Positions 1-12,400 of a stretch of DNA of 64,000 nucleotides are shown in pieces. How positions within the stretch are numbered: position 1 is the stretch's first letter; each line of letters starts with the position of its first letter. This stretch comes from Tubiluchus corallicola (taxonomy: Eukaryota; Animalia; Priapulida). The translations under genes and the position numbers were made by a program. The notes beneath the pieces are model-generated. The model was not told where the DNA came from, did not search any database, and saw only the letters and a list, made by a program, of their open reading frames with translations. The stretch spans positions 259,787 to 323,786 of the forward strand of contig JAQGDQ010000255.1 in NCBI GenBank assembly GCA_030141605.1, in the 5' to 3' direction.

Positions 1-3000
1 CTTTCTGATGCAGGATGTACCGTCTGTAGTTGCTTCGGTGATCCCTTCACTTTATCAGCCCAAGTGCCTGAGTTGGATATTTCAACCTTTCTCGAAGTTT
101 CGACTTTTGTTTTTGAGTCAGTTGTTAATGGTTTGTTACGACTTGTTTGAGACTGTTCTTTTGTCGCTGTACTACTTATGTCTGAAGACTCGATCTTCTT
201 CTTCAAACTGGATCTTGAAGTCTGTCTACTTAGGCGGTGTGAGAGTACAGTCGGTGGATTTGGTTTGGCATTTCGATCAGGACTGAAAAAGAATTTTATA
301 AATTCAAAGTGTTACATTTGAGGCAATCCAAAAATGATAGTTACCCAAAATGCACTTATACAAAAAAAACCAAAAAAATATTTAAAAAATGGACTTCATA
401 GCTGCAAGTTTATTACATAAAATTTGATTCTGCCTTATTAGTTAGAAGAGTTTCAGAATCGCTAATTATTGATAAAAGCATGAAATTCTGCACAAAATGA
501 CATCTATATTAACAACTTTATCAAACAGTTTACATCTAATTTTGTTTAAAGTCATAATGTACCTATTTTGACATTCAAGCTTTTTCTACAAAGTGATTGC
601 AGATTCTCAGACAATCAGTAAGCTTGCTAAAGTTATGAAGTTATTGTTTCTTGCTTTTAAATACAGATATTTGGAATAAGCATTTTTAAGAATTTTTTCG
701 GTTTAATGAATGTCGTTCATGTTACCAGAGGTGAGCTCCTTGTGTTTATGATGTTTATGACGTCCTCTAGGAAGTGCAAATGATGTTAAGTATACATTGA
801 ATCTTGAATGTCAGCAATTAGAGATACATGCTTGTTAAATTTGAAGTCTGTTCTGCTCGATGGGACACAATTTTTTTTAATTAAGTTCGAGATCAATAGA
901 TTTGCGCACAAATATGAAACACAGTACATGATGGCTGATTAGCCTAGGACAATGGAAACAAAGTAGCAAAATTTGCACTTGCAGATTACATAGTGAGAGT
1001 TTATTTCTGACATTCAGAGCTGAAGTAGTTTATTTTTGCAAAATGAGACTGTAATTATTAGAGAATACCACAGACAATATTGTAAATAATATATCATTGC
1101 ACTGACTAAAATAGTATTGAAATGTTTCTAAAAACTGAATGTTTTTTGGTGTGCACTAGCCTAGAGAATAATATTATGAGTTGATTTCATGGAGTGTTTG
1201 TGATTAGCAATACTTAGAAAACAATAAATTATAGTTACACTTTAACTTTGGTTTGGTAGGAACCTCTGTGAATGTCAGAATGTTTGTAAAAAAAGAAAAA
1301 TCATAGCTATACATCAATATCCGGATGCTAAGCAGTAAACAATAAAAGCTAACGTGAAGTAGCAACATGCATAAGTACCTTTCACTTGGAGATGCTGTAC
1401 CAAAGTTTATTGCCCTTTGCGCTGGACTACTGTGAGGAGGCAGTGTAGAAGAGACTGGCTTCTTCTCGCTTAGTGCTTTTCCCGGTGAAAGCTTTCTCAC
1501 TTCCCAAGCCAATGAAGTCGGTCTAGATTATTTGCAAAGGTGTTAGTATGTGACAAAATGCAAACGAAAATAAATTACGCACAAAAATTCAACATCTATT
1601 CGTTATCAACACGCAGAATCACTTTAATGACTATAAACCAGTTTTAAGTAAAAAGCTGTTCTTTTTAATTAGTACTCACTTTTTGAATAATTAAAACCCA
1701 GCTAGATAAACTAGTTCCAAAAACATGATTGCAAATTATGCCACACTTACGCGAGTTCACAAGAATTTCCAACTCAAAAAACATGTAGTAACCTTTTGTT
1801 TTTTCCTAGTTTTTAAAAATTTGTAGCTGTAAATAAGTATTTTATTTATCGCCTATATATTATATGTTCAATATAGGAACCAATGCTTTTAGTTTATAAA
1901 AAAACAAAAGAAAATGCAATGAAGATTATTAATTTATAAAAAATAATATTGTTGAATGACGAAAGGCAAAGAATTAAAAATTATCAAAGTCAACCACCCT
2001 GTTGGACATGTTGCAAATCTCAATAGGGACTGCTTTGTCTTGCTCATTGTTTAACTTAATGAGACAATATACTTTAAAGTAATTGTGTTTTTATAATGTT
2101 GCGTCTTTGTTTCAACATAACAAGATTTTAGTAGATTTTGGCTTATGTATGCTTATACATACCTATCATCTTCATTAGCTGTTTCGTATGCTTTCTTAAG
2201 CTTTAACCACTCAATCAATGATTTGAAATCCTTTGTGCAGCCTTCCAACATCATTATGACTTCCTAGGACATTTTTAAACAGTTTTTTATAACGTTAATA
2301 AAAGTTCATTTAATTTAACTTGATTTAGTAATTAACTAATGAAACTGTAAACGAATCTGGTAGTAATATCATTAGAATTGCCTACAAAACAACAGATAAG
2401 GAAGAATTGTATAACTGGATTTCATACACTAAACATTCAAAATAAAATCCTGCCCCTATGCAATAAAAAACAGTAGTAAGTAGCAATTACATGAGGCACA
2501 GACTAAGAAATGAGATAATGTGTTTTCTTAACTTTGCCATGCTCTCACAAAGCAGCATTATATTCAAATGCACTTGGATCGAGCAGTGTAAATTATTACT
2601 TGAAGTACTACTTTTTTCAACCATTTAGAAACAAATTTTCTGTTTCCACAAATTTCATAAGCTGTACTACTGAATTGTAATTTTAGACCCCATCATTTGA
2701 TATATGCAGAACAGCAAAGCGTGTAATAAGACTAAACATTATTATGAGAATGGCACAGTGTGAACTTTGACACAGGAGCAATCAATGTGAAAAGCAACAA
2801 CAACAACAACAACGACAAAAAGAAAAACAATGGAATAAAACAGTACAATTTCCTCTGGATAAAGCTGTGCAAACAATTCACAGTAGTAGAAGTGAATACC
2901 TTGCACTCAATGACGCTTTCATCTGCCTCACAAGTTTGATAAATCTCGTCGACGGCTCGTTGCAGGTTATCAAACAGGAATGCCCAATACCTCGCACGGA

Positions 3001-4558
3001 GGTCCTTTTTTGTTCTTTTCTCTCCAGACTTCTCCCTAGGGGAGCCCACCGACTCTCGAGAGGAATGCCTCCTCGCTTTCGGAGGCGAAGTCGAATTACT
3101 CGATCGAATTTTCTGTCGGAGAGACCTTGGTGGCAATGGCTTGTATCGAACTAGAATTGCAAAATATTTAGGAAAGTTAAACTATAAGTAAGAATGTTCA
3201 CCATGCAATTTAAAACAGGAATCTTTTACAACATGCATTGCTGTATCGTGTTTTCATAATGTACAAAGCAGGGATGTTACCGAAACTGAAATTACAAACC
3301 GAAACCGAAGTTTATAAAACATACGAAACCGATACCGAAAGAAACCAAACCGAAGTCATTTTTGCAAAATCAACTACTATCAAAAGTGAAAAAACACTGA
3401 AATAAATAAAATACATTGGTTTTGCTTGTTTGTTTATATTTTGCTCTGACACAAGCTTGATGAAGTAGCTAGGCAAAAAGCCAAAAAAGTAGAACAACAT
3501 TTATGGTTAAAGACTGTAGCGGATAGCCCTATAGGCTGAAGCCTAAGGCCCGGGATCAAAAGGGGCCCGGCAAAATAAAACGAAAAATTTTTTTATATAG
3601 TCCTAGTCCACAACTCAAGGATCAAGAAGATATAATTTTTATCACAATCAGTGGACAAAAACTCACAAAATTAAACAAACAAATGTCAAGCGACGAGAGA
3701 TCCACAAAAACACGTCAGCTCAGCAGTGTAGCAACATTTAAAAGGCCCGTTCCAATAATATAAAGTTAATATTTGTTTGGTTCAAATTGCGCTTTGATAT
3801 TTCGGTTCATTGTGCTTGGAAACCGAAAAGCTTCACAGTCATCAGCACTGAAGATATGCCGCATTACCGTAAAAATCTGTATGAACCCGTGCTGAGAACG
3901 TTTTAAAATGGAAGTAACAAATAAAATAGAATTAGCTTAAAAACATAGAAACAAAAAGCCTATGAAAAGATTTATATAAGTGATCAAATTTGATAAATTT
4001 ATCATACCCTCTGTACTGACTTCCTCAACAGGAACACTCCAGGTAATCAAATTCCGAGCTGTCCTCCCCTCTTCGACAAGAATCTTGCGAACATCCCGGC
4101 TTCCCAGAGACTATAAAAGGAAATAAAAAAACAATATCGGCAAACCGCAACCACAGTTCTAAACGATGTAAACTATGTGTTACTTAAAAACTTACAAAAT
4201 TTTGAAAAACCTGTTATTTTGTCTAGAAGAAAATTGTACACACAGAAAAATTAACTCTGATTTCAGTAGTGGCTGTAAGCGTGGAATCTAAAACTGAATA
4301 CTATCAGGTCTTGCTTACCTCTGTTCGAGTCGGAGTCGGCCGAGCAGGCAACGACGAGGATATATTCGTATCAAGAGGTTCATTTAATGGTGGCACTTGG
4401 CCTCTTTTGCTGACAGGGATGTTCTCATCGCTGCCAGTATCATTTGCTTTTGTCTGCAACTGACTCTTGTTTTTCTTGTGATTCAAATTTCTTAGGACTG
4501 GTCCATTTTGAAGAGAGTTATTCCTTCGTTTTCGATCTCCGTTGTTACTTTTTATCAT
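1..4558 (-). CDS. SCAPER: S phase cyclin A-associated protein in the ER, 5' portion (continues beyond window start)
   Basis: GT-AG exons in continuous frame: 4558-4319, 4110-4008, 3150-2900, 2263-2163, 1522-1379, 282-<1. Translation contains VRKILVEEGRTARNLITWSVP, DLRARYWAFLFDNLQRAVDEIYQTCE, RPTSLAWEVRKLSPG and WADKVK, matching recalled SCAPER N-terminal motifs. An in-frame TAA upstream fixes the ATG at 4558. Confidence 0.93.
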
Positions 4559-7500
4559 CGCGAATTATTAGCGCTTAGCCCATTCCTGCATGAAATGATG
4601 GATTACCACTTAGTAGTACAATCATTCGATACCAATAAAAATGAAAATTATGTAGTAAAGAAAGGTATCATACACTGAGAAAAAATACTCCAGCAAAATG
4701 GCTTCAGCAATCTATAGTAACACTGACATGCAACGTCAATGACGAAAGTTACATTCACAGCGCTCATTGTTGTGAAGAGTGCAGAAGCTGTTTTAGTTGG
4801 CTGAACAAGGTCAACTGACAGTGTGATTCTTAATGCTCAAAGAAGAGAGAAATTATATTGGTGCGCTGAACAAGTTTCAAGGAGTTAATATTTATACGTG
4901 AAAAAGTGAATAAAAATATTAACTATATACCCGCATTGCCTTACAAAACTAAATGGATAGTTTTGAGTGTCTTATGAATCCAAAATTTTTTTTAGTATTT
5001 CATGCAACTCAAAATGTGTGCTTTAGAAACAGTCATCTAAATCAAGAACACAAAACGTGAATGGTTGTCGTGAAAGTATATCAAGTGAAAAACTGACCGA
5101 TTTCAAAGGGCAACAATACTTAGTAATATCCAATGTTTCACCTTGCATTAAACACTAGCTTATTTCTTAACAGCAAAAAGAATAAACAGCACATAGTTAC
5201 AGTCCAAGTGTAAGATGTTTCACATAAATGTTGATATAGCTATGAGGAAAATCCAAAACAATGCTCACACGATTTTTTTTATTACTTTCACTAAATTTTA
5301 TTTTCCCAGTTCAAAAGCACTTAGGAGTTTATGTTTTTTATTTGTATGTGTATACCAACTCTAAATAAAATTTTATCTTTTATCTAAGGATATATGGATT
5401 TCATACTATAGTAAACTTTGATTATGTACGATTAAGAAATTAATAAAATCCTGTTATTGTTGAAATTTAGTCAGGTTCTTATGTTATTTAATATTCACAT
5501 AGATATGATTACCAATTTAACATAGATTATTACTGTCGATAGACAGGGCGAAACCTATATGTAGGCTTTTTGCTCACAGTTATCTCTTTTGCTTATTATC
5601 TTTCGTGTGGAAGTGCTACCTACCAGCAAATGTCATGGTATGGTTAGGAAGCAATTTGTACAATCAAAATTTTAAATTTATATATCACGTAATAAGAGAA
5701 AACATAGAGCAAACGCGGTAAAAAAACCTGATATATTAATAACACAACTAGCGTGGACGGTACTAACCAACCATGACTTAACTAACCAGCTTACCACTTT
5801 GGTTTTTCGACGGATTGGTAATTTTGTTGTATAACTATTAGCTATTTCGCACAAATACAGGAAGTGCTACAGTGTATAGATCAAATTATTAACTTAATCA
5901 CTATAAGTTTTAAATTAAAAGTGAAAAAATACAATTATTGTATCACGTTATAAGCGAGTTACACATTTTGTTTACCTGCAATAAAGGGATTCTTTATTAC
6001 ATTTAAAAATTTCCCAATGTTATAACGCACCCCTTAGTCACTAATACTCGCCATCGTCACGAACTGAATGCATATTAGTTCAAAACACTGACATTGTAGT
6101 TTGTACTAGCAGTACAGAAGATGCTTGTTTTTTAGCATTAAAGCTAAGGTACAGTAATTGTAATTATAAACTGTCGTCAGGAAAATTTCGTTTGGTACAC
6201 AAACTGGATGTTGTTTAGAACATTAATTGTAGTTCTGTCGGAAATAGGGAATTAATTTTCCTTATTATCCTTAGGCTAAATATTGTATGGTATATATATA
6301 TATATGTGTGTGTAATGTATATATTTGTATTTGCATGGTTTAACAATGATTAGCAAATGTTATATAATGTTGATAATTGTGAGGTAAAGCCTTGCAGTTT
6401 TGGGAATCTTAAAAGTGATTGTGTTATGAATGGAACAACTCTTCAAATGATCTTGGTATGATAATAACATCGTACTGTTATTATGATGTTATTGGTATGA
6501 AACTTGAAATTTTCCCAGTAATGTGTTTCCTCTGTTAAGAAAGCAAACAAGATTTTAGGGATGACAAAGCAGCACGTCGTTTCTAGAAATGAAGAAATTA
6601 TATTGAAATTATACATTGGTTATACATTATACATGCATACATTTACCTCATCTAGAATAGTGTGTGCAGCTTTAGAATCCCCATTATCAGAAAGGTATAT
6701 TTCTTATGGAAGGTGTGCACGTATTTCAAATTACACCTTCAAAATAAAAAATGCAATAACAAAATTTGGTTGTTATTAATAAAATTTTCAATATTTTTAG
6801 TCATGTTGCAATTCAGATGTGGGTTAAAGTTCTGCAGCATATGACGTATCCTGAAACTTACTGATCATCATCATCAGCAACATCACTACCATCTATACCA
6901 TCTTCACAATCATCATTGCAGATAGGACACTCTTTCAATGACTGATTTAATTTGGTTCATTGATTCTTGATTTTATGTAAAATATTGATGATATTTTTGA
7001 AGGAAACTGAAAGTAACAGTGATTATTTGAAATAGGTACAACTAGACGAACATCGAAAAGCATTTAATGCGACTATTGAGTCTTTTCGTATTGTTTACAG
7101 CTATTGTTACCTCGTTATCCGCGCTAAATATGGCCAATTAAGACACTTCTGTGGGATATGCCTCATCTTAGAGGGCTGTTCTTGAAAATCAGCAATATTT
7201 CCATTTAAGCAATGTTAGCTAGTCCATGACGTAGAGTGCTGTATCTCAGCTTTCAGTGGTTTAAATGTATAAAGTTTGGCATTCTGCAAGTCTGTACCCA
7301 TCACTCAGTGGCAGTTGGATCTAAAACCAATTCACTATTAAGGAAACCCGAAGGCGTGTCCAAGAGACTCTAAACTTTGCAGAATAGCTGGAGAGAGCAG
7401 TGCAGAAGAACAAAACTACCTGGAAGCAGTTTTCCCGATCATCTGTCTGTTTACTAACAAGGTCGAGCTTGGTTTACTATAATAGTTTTGTGTGGCAAAA

Positions 7501-9364
7501 ATGTTTTACTACTTTTGGTCAATATTATTAAGCCATACAGATTACCACAGATTTGTGCAATAATTTCAAAAGTATACACACTAGTCTGCAAGAGTTTCAT
7601 TATCAAACATTGTAATAATATTTGTTTTATCGGTAATTGTTTTGTTTGTCTGGAGTGTCACTATGACGTTGTAGGTTTTTTCTTGAACTGTATGTATTTT
7701 TGGCACTAATAAATAAATACATTGTCAACAGGCAACGCTATTCCTTGTAATAACTCTTGCTGGAAATTGTGCAACACTAGCATAGGTACCCACAGTAAAC
7801 AAACGTTACTAAGTTTTTATAGTTATCTCTGGTTCACTAGAAACACAGATAAACAGAACAGATGTTTTCTGTACTGGGATTCCACTATTTTAGTGATTAT
7901 TTGTTGTTTGTTGTGGAAGTTCCTGTGCCATGTATCCTGGCATTGTAATTTTGTTTCATTAATGACAGTGTATTATAGTATAAAATTACATTATTATCAT
8001 CTTTAGTGACTTAAAGTTTTTACTTTTCACCTGAAGCCAGTACTTAAAACATCACGAGTTTCATTGCTCTTCCGCGGGATACCATATTTACCATTAATTT
8101 ACTTCACATCAAACAATCTTTATCATTTTTTCATCAATGTACGCAATCAAAACATGATTTTATTGACTAAAATATCAGTAGTGATGCTCAAATCTGGTTA
8201 TCGTGTAATAATTTTTCACGTCACCCAAACTAGAAAACGTTTTAGCAGTGTTGATGACGGAACAGTGGTACTTATTGTTCTATTATAACGTGTTTCATTA
8301 CAGATGCTACAGAACACAGATGTTTTTTGTGTGAAATGATTTTACTGATCATTAAAACAGGCAATATCCAGATTCTCAGTTTCCTATGAATACTACACAG
8401 TAAAAAAAAACATAATATGCCTTTCGTCATCAGATTCTAACAGCCAGGACACAGGTATATAAAAAAATCTAGCAAACATTTTCAAATATGTAAATATTAC
8501 AAGTGAACGCAAAAAATGTTGCTTTAATACAAATATTTATGCATAATTTATCAAATGCTAACATATACGAATATAGGAATAAGCTGATGCCGCAACTAGG
8601 CGGCACAGCTTGTGGTCGGTCAGGCCTTTAAGAAGCACCAAGATAATTTTGACCCAGGTTAGGCCAGTCGTTCCTACAGGCACTTGATCAGCAGAGAGAA
8701 AGAGAAAAGGATATTGCAAAAGGTTAAAGCAGCAGTGCTAGCAGAGACCTCAAGTGTTGCACAGTAGGAACTAATCAGCGACAGCGCAGAAATCTATCAA
8801 CCACGACTACGATACCAACTACATAACGTTACAGTCGAGAAATATTAGCTGCTGGTCCAAATGGGTCCACCATCTTAAACATGCACACGAAATAATCCTT
8901 TTTTATTTGTATTTTTTATTTTCTTTTTCCAACTTTTTACAACAACCAGCTCTGGAACGTGGTTTTGTGTTGGGAAAAAGTATCACCAACACCAGCTGGC
9001 ATTCTCCTCTTTGCACCAACTCCGCTCAGGCGGGCGTCGGGCACGCAATTATAATACATGATCTTTTACAGAAAAAAGACACTAACAGATTTACACACAA
9101 AAAAATCGCACAACATATAAATTACTTAGTTCGGTACTTTACTTGAAAGCACCCAAGATGTACTAGACTTTGATACAGAACACATGAATTGCAATTTGTG
9201 AGAAATACTGTAAAACTAAAGTTCATGAAAGATATGCTAGAGATATATAAAGACAGGTCGAAGCCATTTAGACTCCAGATAAAGAAACAGCACAGCAGAG
9301 GAAAAAGCCCAAATGGAAGATGCTGACGTAAAGAGAGGTTTGTTCAACGTTGATTGGCAGTAGT

Positions 9365-9447
9365 TTAATATCCAGAAAGTTCCTGGAAGGTAAGATCCAA
9401 CTCCTCGCTGATAGCTTTGTACTTTTCTTTCTCGTGGACGAGTTCGT
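9365..9447 (-). CDS. TPM: Tropomyosin distal terminal exon 9 (muscle type)
   Basis: 83 nt to TAA, phase 1; [27 protein letters not shown], typical invertebrate muscle tropomyosin C-terminus. Confidence 0.95.
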
Positions 9448-12400
9448 CTGAAAATATCAATATCGTCTGTTAGCAAAGAAAGAAAAAGTTTTGTAATCGA
9501 CATTTTCTCTTGAAAAAAGTTCCAAATCAACTTCAAAGGGCCAGAGTTAAAAACTAGAGGTCGTAATTTTGCAAATTTTCACATTATATGATCAATATCA
9601 GGCTTCTTTTGATTAGAATAGCTTACAACTTTTACATTGACAGTTTAACATCTGAAACTGAGATCTGGTTTTTTGAAATGAAAACCGCTAAATGTAGATC
9701 AGCAATTTTTTATGCTACTCCTCTTATACAGCAACGACGAAATCGGGAAGCCAATCCAAATTCTTCAGCAATTAGTAGGACAGATTTAGGTTTGTCCTTC
9801 ACTGAGTCACTTGAATCACTGCCAGTGAGTAACCCAAGGTCAGAAGTCACACACAAGAACACAAAAACCCGGAGACTTTATGCAATGCACAGTAAATTTG
9901 TGAGATTTTGTGGCTTTATTTCTAAGGCACAGTTATCCCATTAGCAAATTTTTAACTAATTATAACCACCAGGATGACATTAGAGTTTAATCATGACTTT
10001 GGGGATTTTCTGCATTCTACTGAAACTCATATGCGATGCTGCAATAAAATGTAACACATAGGAGCAAAGAGTTTACATTCTCTCCAATTGTTATCAATTA
10101 GTCAAGAGAATAAGCCTGCCAACTGTCTGCTATTTCAGACAACACAAACTTTGGTTTTTATGCATGCTTTTCATTATGTTGTTTAGTGACCAGAGTCATC
10201 TCATTCCCCCAATGTTAACGTGCTATTAGTCGCATTTCACACACAAACCCTTGTTGCATATCTTTGTGGACTTGGTCAATTATCAGTAAAGCAATACCAT
10301 GGCTCAAGTGCCTCATTACGTAAAATTTGATGAAAATTAACCAAATTTATCTGCCTAAAACCAACAGATCCTTGTACCACATTTCGCCCGCCAAAATTAT
10401 ACCATTCATTATACAAAAACGATTTGACACATATGGTTTGTGTTAAATTAACAACACTGAAATTATTACTATAAACAACTAGATCTCAAAAATGCCGCCA
10501 AAATCTTGGAGCAGTCAGAAAATTTGCTCAGATAAAATCCGAATATCAGGCAGTAATAACGGTTGGTACAAACTTAGCTTTGGCATATTTACGTACAAAC
10601 AAAATTAGCAGAGGTGTGTAACTAGCGTAAAACAGACGTACAGCTATGCTGAAAAAAGGCTGCTGAAAACCAATGATCTCAACTACTAAGAATTTCTTGC
10701 AACATTCAGGCCAGCCAAAGCTGCTTATGCTGCACGAAGCAGTAAACAGCCATACAGCAGCACCAAAAATAGCCTCTCCTAAGATTATATTACACCTTCT
10801 GCTATAGGATTCCTCCCGTTCTTCTCTGATTAGCTGTCAACCAATAGACGGCAGCATAAATTGGTTCACAAATGTTGCATTTGCTTTAGTTTTATATGTA
10901 TCTTGTTAAAAAATGCCATGAAGCACTTCTACACATATTGTAAAGCTTCAAACTAAAATGTCGTCTATAATAAATTGTTTAAATAAGTAAAAAATGGTAA
11001 ATCCAATTGCCCAGTGTGTTTTCATTAAGCACACTGTTCACTGATTATAAGTAATTAGTTCAAACAACATAAACATGCAAACCTCAGCAGTTAACTATGT
11101 CCTGAAGTGTGGCCTCCATCTGGTCGGAGAGGGATTTCACTCTCAACTTCTCCTCTGCTAACTCCTCTGAAGTAATGCAGCACAAACACATGCAAACGTC
11201 ATGCAATTATTTGTCAACAATATAAAAAACCGAACAAACAATTTTGAGCTCCCGATTTCACGTTGGACATTTGTGGTTGACATGTTCCAAACGTGGCAAA
11301 TCTTGCAGCAAGTAAAACGTTTCACTTTCCATATTCAAGAAAAAAGGTTTACATATACGAAATGGAGACTATTTGTTGAGTGTCAAGAATTATCAAACTG
11401 TGGACTTGACCTCTGCATTCTCAAAGAGAGATGCCCCGTTTTTGAATGTCGGTTCAAAAATCAATCAACCGTGATTTCAAGAGCCCAGGACACTCTGCGT
11501 ACAGGTCACTAGAGTTAGTACAAAATGCAAAATAAAAAGAAAATTCCAAATAAAAATTGGGACCAGTAATGGAATGAAGATGGAAACAATTTTGGCAAAA
11601 ACAGAACAGGCAAAATGGGGTATTCAAAAAGCAAAATGGTGAATATAGGCAAACAAACTGTACGCAGACGAAAGAATTTGTCAACAATATCGTGATAAAA
11701 GCTCTTTACACATAAAGATGACTTAATTCCAACAGAAACAGAGCAATGGTGGCAGAAGAGAAAACAACAGCATCATCACTGCGAGTATAGAACTCACACC
11801 ATTGAGAACAGGGAAGCAAACAGTAACAAAAAATAATTATTTGAAACTTCCTGAGGTAGTTTCGCATATATTATTAGCTCATTTCAGCCATCATGAACAA
11901 TCGACTGTGACTAGCACTTTAACCTTATCAAAAATCATCATGCTCATTATATTTTTTCTGTCAATAAAAAAGAATAAATGCGGAGAAAACATGTGAAATC
12001 CAGTTTAAAAACCAAGGGCAGTTTCACAAAGCCATCACGACGTCGTTATCATACTCACTTAACTACATGTATTAATAACGACATTAACTTAGTGACAACT
12101 TTGTGAAACTAGCCCAGTTTACTCTGTGAACCATAGGGTAGTATCAACTTGTTCGGGTAAAAGAGCTTTTATCAGAAAACAAACAAACGCAATATAAATG
12201 TACCATAATCTATGAGTTAAGCCGAGAAATGTTAATTAAATTTCTGTATTAAATGAACGTAGAAGTTGTTAAAGATTAAATCTTCTTTTCTATAATGTCA
12301 AAATAACTCAGACGCAAGCAACACAAGGCTCACTTCAGTAAAAATATCCAGTAGGAATGCAAAACCTTGCACTCTAACACTCTTAACTCACTACAGATTA

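Noticed and set aside
3269-3575. ACCGAA-rich stretch and a GGGCCC-containing motif resembling 35213-35280; possible MITE ends
   Set aside because: Could not define paired TIRs or TSDs by eye
11478-11508. Possible extra tropomyosin terminal exon ([10 protein letters not shown]) after TACTAACTCTAG; similar short candidates near 10833, 9062 and 7388
   Set aside because: No heptad pattern or homology to exon 9; branch motif too close to the AG; needs RNA-seq
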